NCBI GenBank assembly: GCA_002104905.1 | Contig: MCFE01000628.1 | Coordinates: 1-51,612, forward strand | Direction: 5' to 3' | DNA: 51,612 nt | Source: Basidiobolus meristosporus CBS 931.73 | Lineage: Eukaryota > Fungi > Basidiobolomycota | In this document: positions 34,665 to 46,534 of the stretch, piece by piece | How positions within the stretch are numbered: position 1 is the first letter of the stretch | How the letters are laid out: the number at the start of each line of letters is the position of its first letter | Notes under the pieces: generated by a model | Databases searched by the model: none | Seen by the model: the letters and a program-made list of their open reading frames with translations, nothing else | Told to the model about the DNA's origin: nothing | Translations under genes and position numbers: made by a program

Positions 34665-37600
34665 TACAGAAATCACACAAACAGGAGCCAGAGCACACCT
34701 ATAAGGGGGACTAGAATCCAGCAGGGAGAAGGAATATATTAGCCAAATACCAAGAAGTACTTTGGGGATATTCAGGAGGTACTTGTGGCAACAACCAAGC
34801 ATATGTTTGCAAGATGTATTTGATACCAGCAGTACAAGGTATATGGCAACTTTGCAAGTATCACACTGAAAAGCTGTAAAGTTGAGATGATACAAGTATT
34901 TCAATTACGGCAAATGTGTGAGTTTGTAGTGTTTTGTAAGCAGAAGGCCATAGTTTTTTTTTAGATTCAAACTATATGTGGAATACCCAAGTTAGTAGTG
35001 GGTGAGCAATTAAAGAGAGGTGATTCTACAGTGGAATATATGAGTTGCACAAGGGGAGGTAGAAAAAGGAAATACCATTTGGTAAATTGGTACCGTAGCA
35101 TTATACAGAACCAGTTGTAGGCCCCCATACTGCCAATATATTGCCATCAAAGTCTTGCCATAAGGCTGTTGAAATACCATGAAGTTTCTTGCTGTACAAG
35201 GCAATTGGATGTCCTGGTTGGTTGGATCAATTTAGAATAGTGGTAGAGCACAATAAGACTGCAACAATACCATGCAATTGTTGTCACAGCACCAATTTAA
35301 ATCTTGTCAAGTTTTATCACTTTATTTGGTAGTAAAATTAGTAAATACCTTTGTACTCCCATCATCAGATTGTTTAGAGGGTCACTAATTCCAAGCTGCT
35401 GGTATTATGACAGTCTCTGAATGGGATCACAATGGGTGATCTGGATTGGATCCACCCACAGGACCAAATAATTTTTTGTAGGGGGTATTTGGGATACTTC
35501 TCCCTTGTTTTAGAGCAGATAAAGTTCTTGTAAACATCACTCATGCATATTTGGCAAGCAGAATAGTAATTGAGGAAGTCTGCATCTGGGTGTTTCTTGC
35601 CAGTGCACTGAATTATTTTGAAGTTGTATTCATGTAGTCAGAGGGCCCAATCTGCTAGTTAGCTGTTGAGGTCTTTAGTTTCTATTAGCCAGACCAGTAC
35701 ACTGTGGTCTGTTACTATTGTGAATTGGGACCATGTATTTTTGTATGGAATTGTTGAATTAAATATGCAACTGCCAGGCACTCTATCTTGGTAACTGGGT
35801 AGTTACATTTGTGTTAGTTCATTAAATGGCTCACATTACCAACTGGGTGGAATTTGCTGGGTGGGTGGTACTGTCTCAGTGCAGCACTTAAACCAGTGAG
35901 TCTTCTATCACAGTTAATAAAATTAGCAGATCTCAGTTGGGAGAACATAACACTATGAGTAACATCAGGGAATATTTAAGCTGATTGAATGGCTTCTCTT
36001 GAGGCTCTAAGCACATAAAACACTGGTCTTTCCACATCAATCTGTACAGAGGGCTGCTATTGCCACAAAGATTTTGACAAAGCAGTAATAGTAGCCAGCT
36101 AATACTAGGAATCCAGAAGCTGCATTGTTACACTTTGGTATGTGTATTTCTTGAGCAGCCTTTAATAGTGAAATAAATGGGTATATCCCATCTGCCAAGA
36201 TCTTGAGGCCCAGGAACAACAACCTTGTATTCAAAAGTGCACTTATTGGGATGTAGTTTGAGTTGGTTCTTAAGGAGGGCTGTCAGGACATATTGCCTGT
36301 TTTGTATATATGCTTGTACACATGGGAAATATATGGTGATGTTGTTTAGATACACAAGAGCAAGTTCCCATTGTAAATTTCAAAGCACCTTATTGATCAT
36401 CTTTTGGAATGTTTCAGGTGCTTTGCACAAGCCCAAGGGCAATTGATTCCATTTGTATAATCCCAGCAACGTTATGAAAGCGGTTTTGGGTTAATCTTCT
36501 GGGACTACTTCTACTTGCTAAAGCCCAGAGATCAAGCTGAGAGAGCTAAGATATTTAGCTGCTACTAATCTGTGCAAGAGGTTGTCTGTTTGGGGTAGTA
36601 AATACATGTCCTTTTGGGTGACTGCATTCAACTATTGGCTGTCAATGCAAAAATGTTGCTTTCCTTCCTTCTTTGGGGCTATCACTACAGGGGAGGCCCA
36701 TGGAGAATAGCTCTCTGTAATGATGTTGTCCTGTGATAAAGTTTTAATTGTCTCTTTAATATAATCTGTCCCAGTTTTTGAGTTCCTATAGGCTTTTGGC
36801 TTGATGGGGTATTTGTGGCAAGGTGGATTTAGGTATATACCCCAGGTATATGGCCAACTACCTGGCTCTTAGAAAATACATGTGCAAGCAGGTGTTCTCC
36901 TTCTAGGAACTTGTCTTATGGTGTAGGTGGTAGACCACAGTCCACATCCAGTTCAGGGAACTCCTCTTATAGTTCCTTGCTTGTAAGTGGTCCTTGGTCA
37001 TTTCTGTCAACTTCATCTATTCTTAACATTAGCACTCCTCTATGCAGTACCACCATGTGTTCTCTGTTGTTAACTGTGAAGTATTCCAACCTTTGCGCTT
37101 CAAATTTTGGCAGTATCAATACCTTAGAGATCAAGGTTCCTTCTAGATGGTCAAATACCTTGGTTAGGGCTATTGTTCTTCCATTTGTCAAATATGCTAA
37201 TGGTGTCTCTAATGAACTCATCATTTCACTGCCAGGTGATATTTTTATCACCTTTTGTGTGATGATTCAAAACTGTGACAGTTTCACCTCATTGATTGAC
37301 GCACTGTTACTACATGCCTTGGTCATATTGGTAACATGAATCAGTGGGATACTCTTGATATCCCATATGAGCTCAGATGCACTACACAGTATGTCCATCT
37401 TATGTTGGATAAACTACTCTTGCTAACAAATAAGTCATTGGCTGCAATGGGTAGGACCACAACATCTTGATGTATAATCAGGATACCTAGCCAGATGGGG
37501 TAATCAAGCACCACACCCACTCAGGTGTTGGGTTGGTCATTTGCTAGCTGTACTTGAATGGTGTTGTTAGGGATTATAGCTAGCTTTGGGTGATTTGCTA

Positions 37601-37793
37601 ATGACTCCAAGATGATCTACACATAGGATGCTGTATTGATGAGGGCAAGAATCTCCTTATTCACTATGAGTACTTCAAGACATGTTCCCCTGTTTGGCTT
37701 TTGTAGGACAATCTGATTGACATGAAGGGCTGTTATTTCTTACTATCCCTCTGACAGTTCTTTGGCTAGGTCTGGGGCAATTCACAGCAAATA

Positions 37794-38360
37794 GCCCTTT
37801 TTTGGGGATCAATGTTGTGAACAATGTGTAAGAGTATATATGGATCAAAGGCATGCATCTGGTACACAATGCCCATAGCACTCTGAGTCTAGTGGCTGAG
37901 GCTTTTAACATGTGACAAAAATGCATGGCACTGTGTTGGTTCACAAGTACAATCTGGCACTATAAGTGCTTTGTATAGGTTTAACTTTAGGGCTAATATC
38001 TCAATATAGTGCCAGATGGTACCAGTGGACTAAGATAGTGCCATGCATTTTATGACATACTAAAAACATCTGCAGCAAGACTCAGAGTGACATGATTATT
38101 GGGTACCAGGTGTATGCCATCTGCTCTTCTTTGCTTTGGCACATCATGCCCAACATTTAACCCAAAAAAAGGTCAAAAAATGAGTTATCTGTAGTGAAGT
38201 AGGTAAAACAAACGCTACTTTGCAAGATGCTGTAGAATTATGCTTCATACTATGCGGCTAAGTATTGTTGTATTTGACTTTTTGGGAACACACAACACTT
38301 TTTGGCCCTCCTGGCTCAATGTAACACTATTGAACAGAAAAAGTCCAAAATTTACCTTAT
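37794..38360. repeat. Fold-back palindromic element D1 (left arm truncated)
   Basis: 37794-37964 is the reverse complement of 38005-38174 (about 75-80%) around a 40-nt spacer. The right arm continues to about 38360. Confidence 0.8.
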
Positions 38361-38558
38361 CCAGAGCAATACAAGCAAGAGGTAGGTTACAATTCACATC
38401 AACCAGCCTTATGATTCTACTACACACTGAGTTTCATTAAAGCATAAAGAGCTACCAGCAAGACATTAGATTTTCTCAAAATCACTTGATGGCCTGCCTG
38501 TTAAGCTACACTCCAGTGAAGTAGATGGGTTGGCAAAGGAACAAAATCCGTCCAATAC

Positions 38559-38926
38559 TTTTACAGTCTACCACTTTTATGTTTAAGTTTACTCAGTTTT
38601 TAGTCATATCAACTAGTTAATGCTTAATGTATGGCTATAGTGGTGTCATTTATCAAGTCAGTAGGATCAATCAGCAGTTGAATTAGTAGCTCCTTCTTAG
38701 AAAGGAATAGAAATATTAAGTATGATCTAATAAGGTGAAAACAATAAGATTAAATGAGTTATCTGCCATAATTTGCATTGGGACATACAATTAGTCAGCA
38801 TGTGATCTGGCAAAGTATATACAAGGAGCCGCTAGAACCCCAACAAAAGTCAGTTCATGTTTTAGCAAATACAGTATTTGCAAAGTTTCCTATTGCTATG
38901 CAACTCTTATATCAAGACTTGTTACA
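38559..38926 (+). repeat. Degraded solo LTR of Ty3 family E
   Basis: 368 bp, colinear with 46535-46902. No TSD recognised. Confidence 0.7.
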
Positions 38927-39589
38927 ACATAGCCTCTACCTCACCCTTTGCAGACAGTGTGGAGATCTAATTGGCACACAAGGAGACTATGACAAGAAAT
39001 ACAACGGCTTTTAGATTACCTGTGGTGGGACTTAACGTAATGAAATAGGCCAACACAGAGGTAGCACCACTTCTTCAAGAGCAGTGTTCAGGAACTGATA
39101 GCCAAACCTATGTATCTGTAAAGCTTAGTTACATGGTTCAATACTTAACAATCTTGGGAAATCACAACCATATTCCTTGTGGTGCAAGAGCTTTGGATAT
39201 ATTTGAGATGAATGGGAGAACTAGTACATTACCTGGTTGTTGCGTACTCATATATTGGATGTGAAGGTAGTATTTATACTTTTACATGACCTTAGCAAAG
39301 CAAGCTTGTAAAAAGCACCTAGGAAGGTGCTAAGTATATGTGTGTAAAGAATGGGGCTGTTAGGATACCATTAAAAATTTGAATGTTCTTGGTCCCTCAT
39401 GTTATAATGTCTGAATTTCAGGTACATCCCTGCAAGGAGTTTGATCAGTATTCTGTACAACTTATAGGGAATAACTCAAATCACTACACCAGCAAATACC
39501 TATATGGAAATGCAGATTTACTTCAGCTTTACTCTACACTGAAGCTACAATAAGTGGGACTATACAGCTAAGTATGAGTGATAACTCAG

Positions 39590-40855
39590 GGTGAAAACAT
39601 GATACTTCTAGAGGGGAGGGAAAGGAACCTCTGGTGGAGGTTCTGCCAAAGGGAAAGAATATGGAAGTAAGAAAAGAAGTATATCACAAGGCCTAAGAAG
39701 AAGTATGAAAACAAGCTAAGTATGCTAGTGTGTCCTCCCATGGCCAATTCCCTATAATAAAGGTAATAGAGCAAACCAAGGCATTTCTTGCTATAACCAA
39801 TTTACTGGGAGTTGCTGTGGCTCTGGTCTAAGAATTGTTATAGGGATTAAAGGATATAACAACCGTTCATGTCAACTAGATGGTCCTACAAAAGCCAAAT
39901 AAGGGTACATATGTAAATGTATGTATTGAGAATAAGGAGACTCTTGCCTTCATCAACATAGGGTCCTCTGTGTAGATTATGTCAGAGTCATTAGTAAAAC
40001 ATTCAAAATCAGATATAGTCCCCAACAACACCATCTGAGTACAGCTAGGTAAAACCAAGTAGACACAACAGTAGGCATGGTACCTAATTGTCCATTAGGC
40101 TAGCTAATCTGAGTATACAGCAGGATGATATGGTCCTGCCTGTTGCTGCCAACAACCTACTTATTTGCAAGAGTAGGTTGACATATTTTACAGTACATCT
40201 GAACTCAGGTGGGATACCAAGAGTATCCCACTGATTCATGCCACCAATGAGACCAAGGTATGTGGTAACAGTGTAACAACCAAAAAAGTGAAACATTCAC
40301 AGTCTCCAATCATGCACAAAAGGTGATAAAAATACCACCTGCCAGTGAGATGGTGATTTCATTAGAGACACCATAAGCAAATTTGGCAAATTGAAGAATG
40401 ACAACCTCAACAGAGTTATTTGACCTTCTAGAAGGAATCTTCATTACTAAAGTAATGATATTGCATAACGGAGTGCTGTTGCTAAACAAGAGGAAGTTGA
40501 CAGAAATGACCAAGGACCAGCTACAAGCAAGGAACCAGAAGAGGAGCTCCCTGAGCTGAATGTGGACCGCAGTCAACTGCCTATCCTACAAGTCAAGCTC
40601 TTAGAAGGAATGCGCTCTCTTGCGCTCTCTTGCTCAAGTTTTCTCTAAGAACCAGGTTATTGGTCATATAGTTGGGGTATATCACTAAATCCACCTTGCC
40701 AACAAACACCACATTGAGCAAAAAGCCAAAAGGAACTTAAAATTAACACAGAGTATATCAAAGAGACAATTGAGAACTTTATCAAAGGACAACATCATTG
40801 AATAGAGCCACACTTTGTGGGCCTCCCCCATATTGATAGTCCCAAAGAAGAAGAG
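39590..40855 (+). pseudogene. pol: Ty3 family B pol fragment (B4): PR, linker and start of RT
   Basis: Colinear with B1 about 23995-25325, heavily mutated. Confidence 0.8.
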
Positions 40856-40859
40856 GAAT

Positions 40860-40966
40860 AGTAGTAAGGAGGTATGAGGGACTCACCGCAAAGATACTGG
40901 GCAGACTTTGGTAAGACTCTGGAGGAACTCTTAGTCAAAGAGTGGGTATTACATTTTGTACTCACA
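40860..40966 (-). repeat. Terminal fragment of a B LTR
   Basis: GACTTTGGTAAGACTCTGG...AAAGAGTGGGTATTACATT..GTACTCACA matches the reverse complement of the B LTR 5' end. Confidence 0.7.
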
Positions 40967-42498
40967 TACTGATGTGGCTGAACCTGGTTTAGCTAGCTAC
41001 TATATGTGGCATAGGAGACTGGTGCAAATTGGGAGTAGTAAACAAACTGGCTTTGTCAAAAATTGGCTTGCTTTGGTCTGAAAGTATGCAGCCACCATTG
41101 AATGGAGTGTCAACAATAAGCTTTGAGAAGCATACATGCTAAGCAATATTCCAAGAACATAGGAGGAATCAACACCACTAAAATCCTGGCTATTCAGCAA
41201 TCTGACATATTCAGGGCCCAGAGAACTCACTTGTTTGGATTAATGAGATGCATCTTCATACATCTCAAGTGCTGAGGAAAAAGCTCCAAAAACCTTAATT
41301 CACTTGAAGAGTATGGCACCAGCTTAGCACAGGCATAAGTTCAAGGAACTATGTGGTGACAAGGGGGGTAAACATTGTACAATGGGTCTGCTAAGTGCTA
41401 CTTGGTTGTTTGTACATTGCACAAAAGAGCTGATCTATATTGACCACAACAAAGTAGAATGGGACAATTTGCTGCAAGGCCCATTGTATGAAAGATTGGT
41501 CAGCTACCAGATATTGCATACTACTTGTTCAGAAGATATGCACCTGATATAACTAGATGTAGACAAAGAATTAACTAGTTCTAAATCAGAGCAAATCATC
41601 TTATCTATGAGTCTGATAAGAATAGCAAATGTCACTGGAGCATGATGAATGATATACAACTTGAGTAGCCTATTTTGTCATATGTGCCCATCTATGAAAT
41701 CTGCTTCTGACAATGAACTTGTCATTTTGAGCTTTATAGTACCTAGATGTGTAAGAGGAGGGCCAATTATCAATTAAGAAAAGCATGCAAAGACTGGTAG
41801 ACCAAGAAAAGAACTGAAGGCATGCAGAATGCAAGTATTGGGTAACTACACCAGTTAATACAACTCAGCAGCTAAATAAATAAACAGCAACTCAGAATTA
41901 GTATTAGTCACTCTATTACTCATTTACAGTCTACCTGTTGCAACTCTCCTCAACTATATGGTCCTATTATAGCTCCCATTTGTCAAGATCCAAGCATTAC
42001 TATTACCCAACATTAAACATCATACTTACTCTGTTGAGTAATGCTAGATTGGGCCATAGATGCCAAATGATGTATATTGTGCCAGGGAGGTCAGTTAGAT
42101 TCTTACTTGGTTACAGAGTGTGTAGCATAGTCATTCATCTTCTTGCAAAGCAGCCCTTGGGTTCCACCCATTGTGCCAGAGAAAATCCATATTTTTAACT
42201 CTTACTAGAAATCAATGTGTTGCAAGATGTACATAAAGACAGAGAGACTGATGACATGCATCTAGTACTCTATACTCAATGAACTCTGATTCTAGCTCCT
42301 GCAGCTTGTAACACGTTAGAAAATGCATGGCACTGTCCAGCACTAAAGAAGCTCTGTATAGGTTTTACTTTTGGGCTAATCTATGAATATAGTACCAGAG
42401 TATGAGAGTGGACCAAGATATTGCCATGCATTTTTGTGACATATTACAAGCTATGGGGGCTAGAATGAGAGTACCATGGATATAGAGTACCTGGTGCA

Positions 42499-44929
42499 CG
42501 CCATGATCTGACAACTGAATGTATACATTAGGTCTGCTTTTAGTTAAATCAATTAGTATTATGTGTAGCCTAGCAGTTTACCATTGTTAACTTTCAAATC
42601 AGTAGTATTTATTAGCTGATGAATTAGCAAATCTTTATCAGACAGAAATAGATATGTAAAGTAAGATCTAGTTGGGCAATGATGATTCAATCATATGAGT
42701 CATTAGCTATAACCTACATTAAGATATATAATAAGTCAGCAACTGATCTGGCCAATTGTATATAAGGAGCTGTTGGAACTGCTATAAAAACCAGTTCAAG
42801 TTTTAGAGGATACAGTATTAGCTAACCTCCACATTCTTCTACTACTCTTAAACCAAGACTTGTAGCATTAACAGTGGCATTAACTATAAACCTCCCTCCT
42901 GAAGAGAGAAGAAGCCTCTCCCAAGATGTTAGAAAGTTAAGAATGAAAGAATACCATGCAGCAGATCCTGGTGCAACAACAGCACTACTCCAAATCCACA
43001 GCCTGCTACAACAAGGAATGACTACTATGGATTAGGCCCAGAAAATCCTTATCAAAAGCAGCTTTAGTGTTAAGGCTAATCAGTACCATGGCAGAGTCAA
43101 TGATAACTTGGAACTAGGCTCTTTTAAGTTGTAGAGTATTTAAGGTTATAGGAGGTCCTTCAAATACAAATTGCATTACACAACTTCTTAATTGGCAGAT
43201 GCATCTTTGCAGTGGTACCATAACAAGGTTAGATCTGCCACTCAGGTGAAATGCTTCACTATCTCAGGCTGGGCTGAGTTGCTGTTGGAAATTCAGGATG
43301 CCTTTGAACCTTCACATCAGCAGACACTGCTAACAAGGAAGCTGAAGACACTCAGACAGAGAGGAATGGTTCAGAAAAACATTTATGAGTATAGATGTCT
43401 GCTTGGGCAGATAGAAAGTATAAGCTCCCTTGATCAAGTTGATCAGGTTATAGATGAGCTGCAGAAAAGAACTTGCAAGGAGGTAAGTTATCAGAGACTG
43501 CAGACTACTGAAGAAGCTGTTAAGATTTACATTGAATATGACTCAGCTTTGTTTGGAGTTTGAAAGCCTACAGTATTACTCATAAAAGCTTCAGGAATCT
43601 TGAGCAGCCTCATAGCATATCAGAACTCAGATCACTTCATAGAATGATTTTCTATTAATGGAGATTTGTCAAGTCCTTTTCAAGTACTACAGCCCCTTTT
43701 ACTGATATCCTCAGGAAATACAACACATTAAAGTGGAAATACCCTGAAAGACTGTATCTCAGATGCTTAAGAATTAACATACCAAGATGCCAAGCTTAGT
43801 TATATGACTTAAGAAAAGGGTTCACTCACTGCACAGACACTTCAGATTAGGCAATTGGTTGAGTACCAAGCAAAAAAATTGGATTCCTACCTGGAAATGC
43901 AGCTTATTTAACATTTAAGAACCTTGGAGTGTCACCCTGGAGCTAAGATACAAATGGGGTGACACTATACAAATTTGGTAACAAGATGCAAATTTTTGTA
44001 TCTTTAACAATTTACAAATTTGGGTCGTAGTTACCAGATTAGGGAATTTCTTAAGATACAAATGGGGTGACACCATATAAAATCAGTAACAACGGGTAAA
44101 TTATTGTATCTTTAATATTTTACAAAGTTGGGTTGTAGTTACTGGATTGGGGAATTTATATAGATACAAATACGCTGGCACTATACAAATCTAGTAACTA
44201 ATAAGTTGCTGAAAAGTTAAAGGACTATTTGTAAAAATGCTGACCAAGTATGCAAATGGAGTTGTAAATAGATGGGCTGAGTATATTGACTAGGCACTGT
44301 TTGCCTGCAGAGTGCAGGTGCACAGCACTACCCAACAGTTGCCATTTGCTTAGTGTATGGATGAGAAGTTGAGGATTCCAGGAGATCTCACACTGCCAAA
44401 ACTCAATGGCAACTTAGAGGATGAACTCAGTCAGCCTTGTAGACATCAGCAATTGGAACAAAAGTCAGGAGGCATAGGCCAAAGTCTCTGAAAGTCCAGA
44501 AAAGAGGAAGCAGAGATTTGATGAGACTACAGTACAGGTAGCTTTGGCACTTGGACAAAGTTTGAGATACAACTGACAGGATCATTCAAGCTCATCAGGA
44601 AATGTCCACATGTAGCTTAACAAGTGGTAGATGAACAAGGAAATACACATGAAGATATAGCTTAAAAAGACACACTCAAGCTAGCAGGACATATTGACAA
44701 TGCTGAACAATTATGATACAGGTACCACAAAAAAGAGATTCAGGAGAGCCCTCTCAGCTTTGGTAGGGAGGACTGTACTGATCTGATGCTTTTAGTAAAA
44801 TTAACTAGTTTTATGTAGAGCCTTCAAGAAGATATTGGAACTTCAATATAATCAGTTAAAGTTTTTAGTGAATACAACACTAGCTAAACTCCCTATTCCT
44901 CAACAACTCTTATATCATGAATTGCAACA
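42499..44929 (+). mobile_element. Internally deleted Ty3 element E2 (5' LTR about 42499-42867, gag, RH fragment, IN C-terminus, PPT 44762-44773, shortened 3' LTR 44774-44929)
   Basis: gag ORF 43192-43563 resembles E1; 43640-43920 matches E1 RT/RH; 44200-44700 translates to KYA...WAEYID.ALFACR...H.TT and later KFE...GSF (Ty3 IN C-terminus). Confidence 0.7.
43947..44200. repeat. Tandem repeat, 108-bp unit, about 2.4 copies
   Basis: GATACAAAT starts at 43947, 44055 and 44163. Each full unit has an internal inverted TTGTATC. Confidence 0.8.
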
Positions 44930-45599
44930 CACAGGTCTTCAGTTCTTGTGTCCTCCCACACGTTATGTACAACATTGATCCCAAAAAAAAGGTCAAGAAA
45001 TGGATTTTCACCAGCACAATGGGTGAAACACAGGGGCTGCTTTGCATGAAGATGGAGAACTATGCTTCACACTCTGTGTTCAAGTAGAGGTTTACTATGC
45101 CTCTCTGGCACACAATGGCAGCATTAGGTACTCATGGCTCAATGTGGCATTATCCAATGGGACAAGTCTGCATATTGCCCAATGGTTACAGCATGTTATT
45201 GTACAATGAGAAGCTCTCCTAACTAATTGATACCACTGTACTACATTTGGAAAGGTATCAGCACTGAGCTTCATCCCCACAAATATTAGCTCTATCTTTT
45301 AACCAGGTTGTATTATGTCCAGCATGACCACAACTTGCTCACTAATGGCAGGCTATAATTCCCATAGCAGATATGTAGAACATAGTCAGCTTTGGAGATC
45401 CTGTTTGTGTAAAGACAGCTCTCCAACATAACCAAGAAGCCTAACAAAAGTGTGAAACAGCTTGTTACTGCTATCAGCAATATTGCAGAAGACTTGACAG
45501 CATTAATGCTTAAGTTGATGACAAAGAGAAGATAATTGCTTCTTTACAAGGTGTGTGACTTATTTCAGCATTTGTCTGTAAAGTACTGTCATTGTTTCA

Positions 45600-45885
45600 C
45601 ATGTTATGCTGGAGAGAATCCATATTTGACCTTTTGTTTTACACCAATGCTGTGCATAATATGTATGAGCATAGAAGAACTAAAGACCTCCATTTGTACT
45701 TAATGCCTATGGTAATCTGATTCTAGCAGCAGAGGTTTGCAACATGTCACAAAAATATACACTGCTATCCTGGTTCAATGATATTGTTCGGTACTATTGT
45801 CAGATATAAGCTCAAAGTAAAACCTATACATTGCACCAATGTGATCAGACAGTACTAAAACACAGTCAAAAAGAGTTTGTCATGC
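45600..45885. repeat. Degraded D fragment (D4): left arm plus core in reverse orientation
   Basis: GAGAATCCATATTTGACCTTTT arm block; ATAAGCTCAAAGTAAAACCTATACA is the reverse complement of the core. Confidence 0.55.
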
Positions 45886-46534
45886 ATTTGACTTGTTCTG
45901 TCAGATAATGCCACATTGAGCCATGAGTGCCAAATGATGCCATAGTGTGCTAGGGCAGCAAAGTGGACCCATACTTGACCACCATGTGGGAAACATAGTT
46001 CTTCATCTTCATGCAAAGTGGCCTCTGTATTTCACTCATTGTACTGGAGAAAATTCATTTTTGACCTTTTTTTTGGGATCATTGTTGTGCCTGATGTGTC
46101 AGCTCACAGATGGACTAACAATATTTATCTGGTACTTGATGCACATGGCACTCTGACTCCAGCTCCTGTGGCTTGAAACATGCTAGAAATGCATGGCACA
46201 ACCTGGCCCTATATTTAAATATTAGCCCTAATGTAAAACATATAAAAGGCACTTTTAATGCCATATTGTGCCAGTGTGCCAATACTGTGCCATGCTTTTT
46301 TTAACATGTTACAAGCCACAGGAGCTAGATTCAGAGTGCCATGGGTATTGAGTGCCAGATTGATGTCTTCATCCCTTCTAAGTTCTTACACATCCTGCAT
46401 AACATTGATCCCAAAAAAAGGTCAAAGATGTATTTTCTCCAGTACAATGAGTGAAATACAGAGGTCACTTTGCATGAAGATGAAGAACTATGTTTCCTAC
46501 ATGGTTGCCAAGTGTGGGTCCACTTGGCTGCCCT
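45880..46534. repeat. Fold-back element D3, best preserved; right arm cut by E1
   Basis: 45952-46085 vs reverse complement of 46405-46534 about 90% identical, inner arms about 80%. Core at about 46220-46253 in reverse orientation. Confidence 0.88.

Larger units (their letters stand above)
12162..37780 (-). mobile_element. Old Ty3/gypsy element B3. 3' LTR split into 12162-12412 and 29587-29712; ORF3 about 30121-31300; IN about 31390-32350; RH/RT/PR about 35485-37780; 5' end missing
   Basis: All pieces are reverse-complement colinear with B1. Hosts A4, a solo A LTR and the CACTA remnant. Almost no CpG left. Confidence 0.8.
42030..45200. repeat. Fold-back element D2, right arm split by E2 (arms about 42030-42340 and 42390-42498 + 44930-45200)
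   Basis: 42050-42200 is the reverse complement of 44990-45145. Same core spacer TGTATAGGTTTTACTTTTGGGCTAAT at about 42355-42380. Confidence 0.72.

Noticed and set aside
39315-39335. Hairpin AGCACCT-AGGA-AGGTGCT as a Helitron 3' end or terminator
   Set aside because: Single short stem with no CTRR at the expected distance and no second copy.
40860-40966. This LTR fragment as the missing 5' LTR of B3
   Set aside because: Orientation fits, but the flanks (GAAGT at 12157-12161 vs TACTG at 40967-40971) do not form a TSD.
40967-41950. Possible further transposase or host gene remnant (H..QV..LGP on minus, GRPRK on plus)
   Set aside because: Motifs are too short and the frames are full of stops. 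Left unannotated, as are 38930-39590 and 45250-45600.
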